Shown: positions 29,021 through 38,294 of the stretch, piece after piece
Position numbering within the stretch: the first letter of the stretch is position 1
Layout: every line of letters starts with the position of its first letter
From: Candidatus Woesebacteria bacterium
GTDB taxonomy: Bacteria; Patescibacteriota; Microgenomatia; UBA1400; MFAQ01
Direction: 5' to 3'
DNA length: 64,000 nt
Assembly: GCA_035389185.1 (NCBI GenBank)
Contig: DAOORK010000001.1
Coordinates: forward strand, 257,006-321,005
The notes under the pieces: model-generated
What the model saw: only the letters and a program-made list of their open reading frames with translations
What the model was told of the DNA's origin: nothing
Databases searched by the model: none
Position numbers and translations under genes: made by a program

Positions 29021-30004
29021 ATGTCTAAATATTTAGTTGTCGGTGGTGCCGGCTATATCGGGGGTGTATGTGTAGAAAAGATGATCGACCGAGGAGACGA
29101 GGTCGTGATCTTGGATAATCTTAAAACCGGACACAAAGAGAACGTTCATCCTAAGGCGACTTTTTACCTTGGAGATAAAGGTGACGGAATGTTGCTCGAC
29201 AAAATATTTTCCGAACACCAGATTGATACTGTCTTGGACTTTGCCGGACTTATCCAGGTAGGTGAGTCGGTGAAAGAGCCTGGTAAATATTTCCAAAATA
29301 ATCTTGGACAGGGAATTGATCTACTCGATGGAATGATGAGGAATAATGTCAAAAGGATTATTTTTTCTTCGACTGCGGCTGTTTTTGGCAATCCTAAGGA
29401 AATTCCTATTAATGAAAACGCTGATAAAGATCCAATTAACCCTTATGGTGAGTCGAAGTATTTCTTTGAAAAAGTAATCAAGCGATACGCCGAAGCGTAT
29501 GGCTTGAAGTACACTATTTTCCGTTATTTCAATGCTTGCGGGGCAACTGAGCAAAGTAAAGAACAACATGCCCAAGAGTCACACCTAATTCCTCTGATTT
29601 TTCAGGCGGCGAAAGGTGAGAGACCAAATATTGCCATTTTTGGAACTGACTATGACACCCCAGATGGTACTTGCATCCGTGACTATGTTCATGTTTCCGA
29701 TCTAATCGATGCCCATCTTTTGGCCATTCAAAAAATGGAGACTTCTCCTGCAAATGAATACAATCTAGGCAACGGAAACGGCTACTCAGTAAAAGAAGTA
29801 ATTTCTGCAGTAGAAAAGATTTCCGGAAAGTCAGTACCCGTCGTATTGGGTGACCGAAGAGAAGGAGATCCCGCCAGATTGGTGGCCTCTTCCGAAAAAG
29901 CAAAATCTGAGTTGGGTTGGGAACCGAAGTATCCTGAGATTGAACAGATCATCAAGTCCGCCTGGGAAGCTGAGGTCAACCCCCCTGCAGTTAAAGCATC
30001 TTGA
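29021..30004 (+). CDS. galE: UDP-glucose 4-epimerase
   Basis: GGAGYIG, VGESV, FSSTAA, NPYGESK, RYFNA, TPDGTCIRDYVHV. Confidence 0.93.
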   Translation: MSKYLVVGGAGYIGGVCVEKMIDRGDEVVILDNLKTGHKENVHPKATFYLGDKGDGMLLDKIFSEHQIDTVLDFAGLIQVGESVKEPGKYFQNNLGQGIDLLDGMMRNNVKRIIFSSTAAVFGNPKEIPINENADKDPINPYGESKYFFEKVIKRYAEAYGLKYTIFRYFNACGATEQSKEQHAQESHLIPLIFQAAKGERPNIAIFGTDYDTPDGTCIRDYVHVSDLIDAHLLAIQKMETSPANEYNLGNGNGYSVKEVISAVEKISGKSVPVVLGDRREGDPARLVASSEKAKSELGWEPKYPEIEQIIKSAWEAEVNPPAVKAS

Positions 30005-31076
30005 GAACTTTTTCGTAAGCGCAGGCAATTTTGTTCCAAGAATATTTGTCTGCCTGTTTGAGGTATTTATCTGAGGACTTTTGCTTGAGGGCTTCTTTTA
30101 TTTTGGCGCTATATTCTTTGGTGTCTTCTGGATTCTTCACAAATATTCCGGCTTGCTCTAGAATCTCACGACGGCTTTTGTCATCGGTAACGACACAAGG
30201 AAGCCCGGTTGCAAGTGCCTCAAGATATACAATCCCAAATGCCTCACTGCTATCAGAACAGAGAGTAAATACATCGGATGAACGGAATATACCAGGCATG
30301 TCGGTGTGAGAGACTTTGAGTCTTTGGTAACGGCTACCAAGAAGGCTTTTCCCCAGGGAATCTTCTTCTTGCTCAAGAGGGCCAGTACCGGCAACCAAGA
30401 GTGAAGTATTTTTTAGACTGGCAACCGCCTTGATCGTGCTGATGATCCGTTTGCTTTTGATGGCGGCACCAACAGCAAGAACAATGGGGTGGGAAAGATT
30501 GGTTAGTCTCCTTTCTCCCTTGGGAGAGAACTTTTCGAGATCAACACCGTTGGGGATGACAACAATTTTTTGGTTATTCCAAGGAGTGACTTTTTTGGCC
30601 CAGTCAGCTTGAGATTGAGTGAGAGCTATAAAACAATCCGGATGGATGTATAGGTTTACCTTATCATTCCAGCCAGGCCCAGACTGACCGGCAACAACAG
30701 TTTTGGCGTTGATAATTGTTGAAAACATTCTCAAAAGGAGTACCTCCCAACCTGAGTTTTGAGGGAAAATGACATCGGGTTTTAGTTTCCAGAGTTTGGG
30801 GAGAAGTTTTATAGTAAATTGAAGTTCTTTGCGGTGAGAGTAATCTAAAAATAGTCGTTTGAGAGGATGGGTAACCGGAAGACTGGAGTGGGGATGAAGG
30901 GGATCGTATTTAACCTTGATTGATTGAACCGAATATTTTTTCTTTCCGTTTTTCGGACCGGCTTGAAAAACAGTAACTTCGTGTTTTGAAGAAAGGTTTG
31001 TGGCCAAACTATCAACATAGGTCTCCCCTCCTCTGTCGGCTAAGCCGGAATAAAAATTTACAAACGCTAGTTTCAT
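29991..31076 (-). CDS. GT4 glycosyltransferase
   Basis: RGGET, IPNGVD, EAFGIVYLEALATG. Confidence 0.88.
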   Translation of the reverse strand: MKLAFVNFYSGLADRGGETYVDSLATNLSSKHEVTVFQAGPKNGKKKYSVQSIKVKYDPLHPHSSLPVTHPLKRLFLDYSHRKELQFTIKLLPKLWKLKPDVIFPQNSGWEVLLLRMFSTIINAKTVVAGQSGPGWNDKVNLYIHPDCFIALTQSQADWAKKVTPWNNQKIVVIPNGVDLEKFSPKGERRLTNLSHPIVLAVGAAIKSKRIISTIKAVASLKNTSLLVAGTGPLEQEEDSLGKSLLGSRYQRLKVSHTDMPGIFRSSDVFTLCSDSSEAFGIVYLEALATGLPCVVTDDKSRREILEQAGIFVKNPEDTKEYSAKIKEALKQKSSDKYLKQADKYSWNKIACAYEKVLKML

Positions 31077-31101
31077 AAACCTATTGTAAACTAGAGCCAG
31101 A
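31077..31101. promoter_or_regulatory. 25-bp bidirectional promoter with overlapping -10 boxes
   Basis: ATTGTAAACT reads as minus strand TACAAT-6nt-ATG (31083-31088) and plus strand TAAACT-9nt-GTG (31087-31092). Confidence 0.55.
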
Positions 31102-31794
31102 GTGAAGAAGCTATCAATTATTATGCCGGTCTATAACGAGAAAGCCTTTATTGGAAAGGCAATTACGGCTGTGCTGAAAGCAAATATTGGAAAAATCGCT
31201 AAAGAAATAATTGTGGTGGATGATGGATCGAAAGACGGCACAGTGCAGCTATTAAAGAAAGTAAAGAATCGACAAGTGAAAGTGTTTTTTCAGAAGAAAA
31301 ACCAAGGAAAGGGTGCAGCTATCAGAAGAGGCATGAAGGAGGTCACAGGGGACATTGTGGTCATTCAGGACGCTGATTTGGAGTACAACCCAAAAGAATT
31401 GTTTTTGTTATTACAGCCAATCTTGGATAAAAAGGCAGACGTTGTTTTTGGGTCACGATTTATGGGAGACAGACCACATAGAGTGCTTAATTACTGGCAC
31501 ATGGTTGGTAATAATTTTTTGACTTGGATTTCCAATACTCTAACCAACATTAATCTGACCGATATGGAGACAGGCTATAAAATGTTTACGGCAAAAGTGG
31601 CCAGGCAAATATCTATTGAAGAGGATCGGTTTGGATTCGAACCAGAGATAACCGCAAAAGTGGCTCGGTTGGGATGCCGTATATACGAGGTGGGAATTAG
31701 TTATTCCGGCAGAAACTATGATCAGGGGAAGAAAATAAACTGGAAAGACGGCTTGTGGGCCTTATGGTGTATTTTGAAATACAACCTAAGATAG
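31102..31794 (+). CDS. GT2 polyprenyl-phosphate glycosyltransferase (DPM1-like)
   Basis: PVYNE, VDDGSKDGT, NQGKGAA, QDADLEY, GSRF, TDMETGYK, RFGFEPE. Confidence 0.9.
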   Translation: MKKLSIIMPVYNEKAFIGKAITAVLKANIGKIAKEIIVVDDGSKDGTVQLLKKVKNRQVKVFFQKKNQGKGAAIRRGMKEVTGDIVVIQDADLEYNPKELFLLLQPILDKKADVVFGSRFMGDRPHRVLNYWHMVGNNFLTWISNTLTNINLTDMETGYKMFTAKVARQISIEEDRFGFEPEITAKVARLGCRIYEVGISYSGRNYDQGKKINWKDGLWALWCILKYNLR

Positions 31795-32550
31795 TTTCTC
31801 GGCAACAAAAAGCAGACCATTGGCTAGCCCTGGAAGGAGTTTATCGCCCGTATCTTGCAGCATGCGTGGCATGGGAATCTTAAATATCGAGTTCCAGTAA
31901 TCAAAGAGAAAACTACTTATACCTCTTTTTTGTTTAATAACGAACTTACCTTTCAAAAGATTATTAATATCTTTAACGGAATAAAAACGAATGTGTTCTT
32001 TATTTTTTGAGTAGTTAACCATTGGAGATGAACCGGTGAAAAAAATAGCTGTTCTCGTCTGAAGAGAAGAAAAATTGGGTACAGTAATAATTAATAACCC
32101 GTGAGGCTTGAGTACACGATGCATTTCTTTGATAATTTTTTCTGGGAAAAAGAGGTGTTCGAGTACCTCAGAACAGAGTATCAAATCAGCCGTTTTGTCT
32201 GGGAGGGGAATATTTTCGGAGTCAAAATCGACTTTATGGGTTTCTTGAAAAAATACAGACGCTTTTTTTAATTGCTGACCACTAAAATCAAGACCGATTG
32301 ATTTCATTCGGGAAGTTGTACTCTTGGGCAGTAGTTTTTCATAAACGCCGTCACCACAACCAACATCAACAAAAATGGTAGTTTTTTTGTGTTTTCCAAC
32401 AATGGAAGAAATAATTGAGGTTACTGTTTGGAACCTGTTTTCATAGGCAAAAAGAGAACGTGGAAACTTTGGCTTGAGCAAATTGACACGCTCGGATAGA
32501 CGGTATTGGTTCTCAGAACTTAACTGATCGTATAGTTTATCGACTTTCAT
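31786..32550 (-). CDS. Class I SAM-dependent methyltransferase
   Basis: VDVGCGDG, SEVLEH, RVLKPHG, TVPN. Confidence 0.88.
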   Translation of the reverse strand: MKVDKLYDQLSSENQYRLSERVNLLKPKFPRSLFAYENRFQTVTSIISSIVGKHKKTTIFVDVGCGDGVYEKLLPKSTTSRMKSIGLDFSGQQLKKASVFFQETHKVDFDSENIPLPDKTADLILCSEVLEHLFFPEKIIKEMHRVLKPHGLLIITVPNFSSLQTRTAIFFTGSSPMVNYSKNKEHIRFYSVKDINNLLKGKFVIKQKRGISSFLFDYWNSIFKIPMPRMLQDTGDKLLPGLANGLLFVAEKLS

Positions 32551-33359
32551 TTATTAAAGAGAATATTTTTAATATTTCTAAGAATTGTTTCTATAAAGGA
32601 TCTTACTAATTGCCAAATGTTCATGTGGTTTATCACAGTTGGAACAATGGGCGGTTTGGGTGAAAAGAAGACATCCGGTATTTTGTCTAATGAGTTTTCT
32701 TCGCCCAAGAAATATTTTAATTTTCCAGGCCGATCAAAAACCTCTTTGTTTTTTGATGAACGAATCAAATGGGTAGCATGAAAATATTCTGTGTCCACAA
32801 AAACGATGTCTTGTCTCTCTTGTATGGGTAAATTGTGATTGTCGAAATAACCTTCTCGACCATAGGGGCAAGATGCGTGCAGACCAGGAATTTTTAAGTT
32901 TATAAATCTGACAGCGAAGTTTCCCTTCATATTTAGAAACTGATAATCTCCAAATTTTTCCGGAAGACGGTGATAGATATCTCCCACCAGATTAAATGTT
33001 CGAGTAATGACAGCTTCAACCGTTGGATGAGATGAAAGATGATTAATCACTTTTTTGATTGAATCAGCAGACCATATCTCATCTGCATCGAGAACTAGAA
33101 GCCAATCGTATCCTTTTGGAGTTTTCTCTATCATCTCTTGACGAAGAAGACCAATCGCTTCTCTGGTAGTTGCTTCATGCTCCTCAAACTCTATTTTGGG
33201 AGATTTTATAGATTTGATTATTTCAACTGTTTTATCAGTCGAGCCGTTGTCCCAAATCATCACCTTATCAGCAAAAGGAAGTACGGAGTTGATGGCATAC
33301 CAAATGAATCTTTCCTCGTTTTTTACCAAACAATGAACAACAATTTTAGGTTTTGCCAT
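32547..33359 (-). CDS. GT2 glycosyltransferase
   Basis: VKNEE, DNGSTD, LDADE. Confidence 0.85.
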   Translation of the reverse strand: MAKPKIVVHCLVKNEERFIWYAINSVLPFADKVMIWDNGSTDKTVEIIKSIKSPKIEFEEHEATTREAIGLLRQEMIEKTPKGYDWLLVLDADEIWSADSIKKVINHLSSHPTVEAVITRTFNLVGDIYHRLPEKFGDYQFLNMKGNFAVRFINLKIPGLHASCPYGREGYFDNHNLPIQERQDIVFVDTEYFHATHLIRSSKNKEVFDRPGKLKYFLGEENSLDKIPDVFFSPKPPIVPTVINHMNIWQLVRSFIETILRNIKNILFNK

Positions 33360-34599
33360 TGTTTTTGAACAAAGAATTTAGTTTAAAAATGGACACGACA
33401 AGAACAATGATATTGCCAAGCCCCAAAGCAAGAGCGGGTGCAAAAGCGCCTAGGGAAGGGATAAATATTATGTCGATAACTACAATTGAAATTACCTGTA
33501 CCGCCGTTAATCTGGCAATGAAGCGCGGTAAACCAAAAGAATATGTGAGGGCTGGTGTAGTGATTAGTGTAAACATAAAAGGTATCATGGCGAGTGTCAG
33601 TGCTTGGAATACCGGTATAGCAGAAAGATATTTATCGCCAAAAACGATATTAATAATTGGTTTGGCAAGAAGGGCAGATAACACCATAACAACTGATATC
33701 GCACCGATTAGTAATACTAATTTCCTCATGTATGAAATAATTTTTTCCGGAGTATCAAAACCTGAAAAGCGAGGGTTGACGACTGATCCAAGACTGGAAA
33801 TTAATAGGGAAAAGAAAAGAGTGATTCGGCTGGCAGCTGAAAATATACCTGCCTGGAAACTACCAACAATGAGATTAAGTAAAATGACATCGATTCTGGT
33901 AGTAAAAACCGAGAACACCTTGGAAACAGCAATCCACTTTGCAAAATGAAACATTTTAGAGAAAATCGGTCGATCGAAGCTCCATTGGATCTTGATTAAT
34001 TCCCTACAGAAAGTAATCAGGAGGGCGATTATGGTAGAGACGATGTTGGCAATAAATGCCGTGGAAATAGAGAGTCGACTGACGGAAAGTAACACAAAAA
34101 CCAGAATTATTTTTATTCCTGCATCAATGATCTGACTTAGTGAGTAGGTAAAAAACTTGTGTTCGGCGGTAAAAACTGCTTGGGCAAAATTAATTAAAAG
34201 GTAGTTAAAGGCTATGAAACCGGCAAGAAGAACCTGTTCGGACAAAGAACCGGGAATAATAATGGTGTGAAGAAGAGCAAATAGACCAAAAAGAAGTAAA
34301 ACTACCAAACCAATTGCGAATTCAAACCAAAAACCAGTATTTATTAAGTTTTGCCTTTTTTCTTTTAATTTGGGAATAAAGTTGATGATGGCAGAAGAAA
34401 TGCCAAGATCACCAAGGCTATAAACAATAGCTACGAGAGCGGTAATGGCGGAAAAAACGCCAAAGTTTTCCGGACCAAGAGTGCGTGCTAGAACTACGGT
34501 ATAGAAGAAGCCAACGGCAGCTGTAAAGCCAAGGCCAATAAAACTAATTAAGGTGTCCTTTATCGTCTGCGACTGGAGAATCTTTCTTATCTTTTCCAC
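33346..34599 (-). CDS. wzx: Wzx/MATE-type oligosaccharide flippase
   Basis: LARTLGPENFGVFS, DLGI, RIDVILL, GIFSAASRI, VFGDKY; about 12 TMs. Confidence 0.88.
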   Translation of the reverse strand: MEKIRKILQSQTIKDTLISFIGLGFTAAVGFFYTVVLARTLGPENFGVFSAITALVAIVYSLGDLGISSAIINFIPKLKEKRQNLINTGFWFEFAIGLVVLLLFGLFALLHTIIIPGSLSEQVLLAGFIAFNYLLINFAQAVFTAEHKFFTYSLSQIIDAGIKIILVFVLLSVSRLSISTAFIANIVSTIIALLITFCRELIKIQWSFDRPIFSKMFHFAKWIAVSKVFSVFTTRIDVILLNLIVGSFQAGIFSAASRITLFFSLLISSLGSVVNPRFSGFDTPEKIISYMRKLVLLIGAISVVMVLSALLAKPIINIVFGDKYLSAIPVFQALTLAMIPFMFTLITTPALTYSFGLPRFIARLTAVQVISIVVIDIIFIPSLGAFAPALALGLGNIIVLVVSIFKLNSLFKNNGKT

Positions 34600-34608
34600 T
34601 TCTCTATC

Positions 34609-35547
34609 TTACCTTTTTTCTCTGTACCAGTCTAAAAGATCTTGAAGCGTTTTTTCTAAAGGAATCTCGGGCTTCCAGCCAGTTAGTTTGTTAAGCTTAC
34701 TGGAATCTCCATATTGATCCGGGATATCCGAAGGTCTCATTTTTGCAGGGTCAATTTTGCGAGTAATTTTCGCACTGGACTTGGACAATAAAATATCAAC
34801 AATCCGGGACACAAGTCCACTTTTCCCTGAGGAAATTAGATACCTTTCTCCTGTGATACCTTTTTCCAAAATTAATCTATATGCTCTGACAACATCACGA
34901 ACATCGAGCATGTCTCTTTTGGTTGAGAGGTCTCCAGTTAAAATCACTGGTTCGCTATTACCTTTTTCAATTTTAGCCACTTGGGAAGCAATATCTGGAG
35001 CCAAGAAGCCAGGGAGTTGACCCGGGCCGGTGTGGTTGAAGGGGGTAGCGTAGACGATATCCATTTTGTAGGACACGACAAATTGCTTGCAAATATACCA
35101 AGCAGAGACTTTGCTTACACCATAAGGACTGTTAGGGTTAAGAGGAGTATTTTCAGTTATCGGAAGCATTTCCGAAGGAACGGCCCCAAACTCTGCCGAC
35201 GATCCGATAGCGACGATTCTTGGGTGATAGTCTTCGATTTTTCTAACGGATTCCAGAAGATTAATGGTGCCAATGGAGTTTACAGCAAAAGTTTTTTGAG
35301 GGTTGGTAAAAGAAGATCCTGGGTTTGACCAACCAGCGAGATGAAAAATGGCATCAGGATTAATTTTTGATATTAAAGAGGATATCTGCTCGAGATTTTC
35401 GATATCGCAAACCGAAACATTCTTGGGTAGTTCAGTTTCCGGAGCTTGAAAAGTGGTGCCATACACTTCATAACCATTAGACTCCAGCTCTTTCCAGAGA
35501 TGTCCACCAACGAAGCCTTCGCTTCCCGTAATTAATACTTTTTTCAT
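34609..35547 (-). CDS. rmd: Rmd-like GDP-4-keto-6-deoxy-D-mannose reductase (SDR)
   Basis: ITGSEGFVG, GSSAEFG, SPYGVSK, PFNHTGPGQ, RDMLDVRDVVRAY; directly downstream of gmd. Confidence 0.72.
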   Translation of the reverse strand: MKKVLITGSEGFVGGHLWKELESNGYEVYGTTFQAPETELPKNVSVCDIENLEQISSLISKINPDAIFHLAGWSNPGSSFTNPQKTFAVNSIGTINLLESVRKIEDYHPRIVAIGSSAEFGAVPSEMLPITENTPLNPNSPYGVSKVSAWYICKQFVVSYKMDIVYATPFNHTGPGQLPGFLAPDIASQVAKIEKGNSEPVILTGDLSTKRDMLDVRDVVRAYRLILEKGITGERYLISSGKSGLVSRIVDILLSKSSAKITRKIDPAKMRPSDIPDQYGDSSKLNKLTGWKPEIPLEKTLQDLLDWYREKR

Positions 35548-36569
35548 TCGTTTTCTTTTTTTAGAAGAGCGATGTCGCTATCTACCATGATTTCCATAAG
35601 TTCTTTCATCATTGTTTTGGGCTCCCAGCCAAGCTCTTTTTTGATGAGGGAGTAGTCCCCTTTCATAGCGGTAATCTCGGTGGGTCTTAATAGCTTGGAA
35701 TCGGAGATTACATGGTCTTCCCAATTTAGACCAACATGATCAAAGGCTGCCTTACAAGCATCTTTGATGGAGTAACTAGTGTCTGTACCAATGACGTAGT
35801 CTTTTGGTGTAGGTTGCTGGAGCATGAGCCAGATAGCTTCGACATATTCTTTGGCAAAACCCCAATCACGAGTGGCTGAAAGGTCTCCTAGATGGAGCTT
35901 GCCTTCGGCATCGATTAGAGGTTCACCGATCTCGTTTACCGGAGGATTTTTAATGCCTAACTTGATACAAGCAACACCCATACTTATCTTACGAGTAACA
36001 AAGTGGAGAGAGCGTCGAGGAGACTCGTGATTGAAAAGAATTCCTCCACAGACAAACATGCCGTACGACTTTCTGTAACAATCAATCATCATATGTGCGT
36101 ATGCCTTGGCGATTCCATAAGGATTATTAGCAAAAATAGGGGTCTTTTCGTTGGCGTGTTCGACTCCTTCAACTCCCCCAAGAATCTCGCGGGATGTGGC
36201 TTGGTAAACACGTGCATTGGGACAGAATCTTCTTACTGATTCAAAGACACGCAGAGGCCCGAGGGCGGTCACTTCACCTGTGTAGAAGGGATGTGTCCAA
36301 CTATCTGCCGGAACACTTTGGGCCGCGAAGTTATATACCTCATCAGGCTGATACTTAATCATTAAGTGATCAAGGGATGATTGATCTACAAGATCGGCGG
36401 CTTCAAGAATGATTTTACCCTTGAGATGCTCAATATTAGGCTGATGTGTGGAAGTGGAACGACGAATAGTACCAACAACTTGATAGCCTTTTTCAAGAAG
36501 AAAATCGGATAAATATGAACCATCTTGAGAGGTAACACCGATAATGAGGGCAACTTTGGGTTTTGTCAT
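35544..36569 (-). CDS. gmd: GDP-mannose 4,6-dehydratase
   Basis: QDGSYL, AAQS, PYGIAK, ILFNHESPRR, FVTRKI, RDWG. Confidence 0.93.
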   Translation of the reverse strand: MTKPKVALIIGVTSQDGSYLSDFLLEKGYQVVGTIRRSTSTHQPNIEHLKGKIILEAADLVDQSSLDHLMIKYQPDEVYNFAAQSVPADSWTHPFYTGEVTALGPLRVFESVRRFCPNARVYQATSREILGGVEGVEHANEKTPIFANNPYGIAKAYAHMMIDCYRKSYGMFVCGGILFNHESPRRSLHFVTRKISMGVACIKLGIKNPPVNEIGEPLIDAEGKLHLGDLSATRDWGFAKEYVEAIWLMLQQPTPKDYVIGTDTSYSIKDACKAAFDHVGLNWEDHVISDSKLLRPTEITAMKGDYSLIKKELGWEPKTMMKELMEIMVDSDIALLKKENE

Positions 36570-36576
36570 ATTAGTT

Positions 36577-36582
36577 ATTCTA
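36577..36582 (-). promoter_or_regulatory. -10 element for leaderless gmd
   Basis: TAGAAT-7nt-ATG. Confidence 0.55.
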
Positions 36583-36593
36583 CAATAGCAATG

Positions 36594-38288
36594 CTAATTA
36601 TTAACTTTGTAGATAGTAATAGCTGTTGTTTGATCCGGATAAAGAATTATATCGACAATCTTTCCGTTTTTTACAAATTCTGAATATTTATCAGAATATT
36701 TTAGCGGTAAAGCAATATATTTAGGATTATATTTACTTATAATCAAATTTAAATCTTTTTCTGTTTGGGGAAGAGAGAACAATAAGTTTTCAAGTGGCAA
36801 ATCGACTCTTGTGCTATTCACCAATTCTGAGGTATTTATCTTCTTTGGGTCACAAACTTCACTCGGTAAAGTTTGCCAGAAACAAAAATACCAAACTGGA
36901 TATTTGTCTTCCCAAATAATAAGCATTTCCCCGGGATTAGTAACCTGAAAATCGGAAATCTCTTTGAAACCATATTCCCAGTGCGAAGCAGAAAGGGCAG
37001 GATAAACATGAAAATAACTAAAAAGGAATTGGTAAATAGAAAAAAGACTAATTAGAGCTACAAACAATCCAAGGATTACTTTCATATATTTGTTTTTAAT
37101 CAAGTCAAGTGAAGATACTATCCCCTGGCCGCAAAAATAGGTGAGGAAAGGCATGAGAGTAATGATTCGAAGAAGATAGGTGGCACCATCCTTGGTAATG
37201 GCTCCGGGAATTGGAGAGATCAGAATCCATACAATAAAAATTGACTTTAATTTGAAGTCGGCTTTTTTGAAAAAGACAAACGCTCCTATAAGCATAAACG
37301 GAAGTAAAAAGGGAAAGAACTCCCCTACCATTCCGGTTGAATGACGAAGAATGTTGTCTCCTTTGAGAAATAAGAAATCTGGGGAAAAAAAGGATAAATA
37401 ATTTTTTGTAAATACCCGAATAATGGACAGAGGATAGTTGTAAAGTATTTTATTTGACACCACCTCAGAATTTGTATTTAAGGAAAAGATCGTTGGTTCT
37501 GACAGCCTTGATAATCCGCGATAGTAATTTGAGTCAGCAGTGACATTGACATCTTTCCAGATAGCCAGATCTAGCCCGCGAGATTTGGGGTTAAATAGTT
37601 GATATCTAGTAATACCTACGAAACCAAGAATAACTATGACGACGGTTAAAAATAACCACCATATTTTTCTTTGTGAACGATTTAACCCGTTTGTTATTAA
37701 AACAAAAACCAGTAAAGAGGCCATTGGAGCAATGACAACAAATGATGGGTAAAAAATCACCCCAACGACGAGTGGAATAAGAGAATAGAGATATTGAGTT
37801 GTTCTTTGTGCTTTAAGGAGAATCGTTAGATGTAAGCAACAAAGAAGAACGATTATGGGAATATGAGTATGACCTACACGGCTGATCATGAAACTCCAGG
37901 GCAAGACTGCGGAAAAGATACTACAAATAAAAGCTACCAGTAGATTTTTGCTTGGATTGATTTTTTGGGCAATTGCGTAAGTAAAGAAGAAAATGACTAG
38001 CGGAATAAATGAACCAAAGAGGGCCGAACCGAATCTTGTGCCAATCGGGGTGAGCCCAAAGAGCCAAGAGAAGTGAGTCATCCCGTAAAGTAATTTCGTG
38101 ATCAGACCCGGAATGTTCTGAACAGAAGTTGAAAAAATGATCTTAGAAATAAAACCGCCATATACCTCATCAGCATAAAGATTGGGAACATATTTATCTA
38201 AGCGATATAACCGTATAAAGAGAGAGGCTACAAATATCGCGGTTAACGATAAAGCAATTAATATTTTTCTGTTTTTTATCTGAGGCAC
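36594..38288 (-). CDS. GT-C membrane glycosyltransferase (PMT_2-like), paralogue of 61735-63378
   Basis: RLYRL..YADE; NYLSFFSPDFLFLKGD; WEYGF. Confidence 0.78.
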   Translation of the reverse strand: MPQIKNRKILIALSLTAIFVASLFIRLYRLDKYVPNLYADEVYGGFISKIIFSTSVQNIPGLITKLLYGMTHFSWLFGLTPIGTRFGSALFGSFIPLVIFFFTYAIAQKINPSKNLLVAFICSIFSAVLPWSFMISRVGHTHIPIIVLLCCLHLTILLKAQRTTQYLYSLIPLVVGVIFYPSFVVIAPMASLLVFVLITNGLNRSQRKIWWLFLTVVIVILGFVGITRYQLFNPKSRGLDLAIWKDVNVTADSNYYRGLSRLSEPTIFSLNTNSEVVSNKILYNYPLSIIRVFTKNYLSFFSPDFLFLKGDNILRHSTGMVGEFFPFLLPFMLIGAFVFFKKADFKLKSIFIVWILISPIPGAITKDGATYLLRIITLMPFLTYFCGQGIVSSLDLIKNKYMKVILGLFVALISLFSIYQFLFSYFHVYPALSASHWEYGFKEISDFQVTNPGEMLIIWEDKYPVWYFCFWQTLPSEVCDPKKINTSELVNSTRVDLPLENLLFSLPQTEKDLNLIISKYNPKYIALPLKYSDKYSEFVKNGKIVDIILYPDQTTAITIYKVNN

Positions 38289-38294
38289 TGTATA

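Noticed and set aside
33353-33949. 198-aa plus-strand ORF
   Set aside because: Antisense shadow of the wzx flippase with no recognisable motifs
14525-37395. A/T homopolymer runs of about 7-9 nt in GT genes as phase-variation tracts
   Set aside because: Short, expected in AT-rich DNA, frames intact, no long G/C tracts
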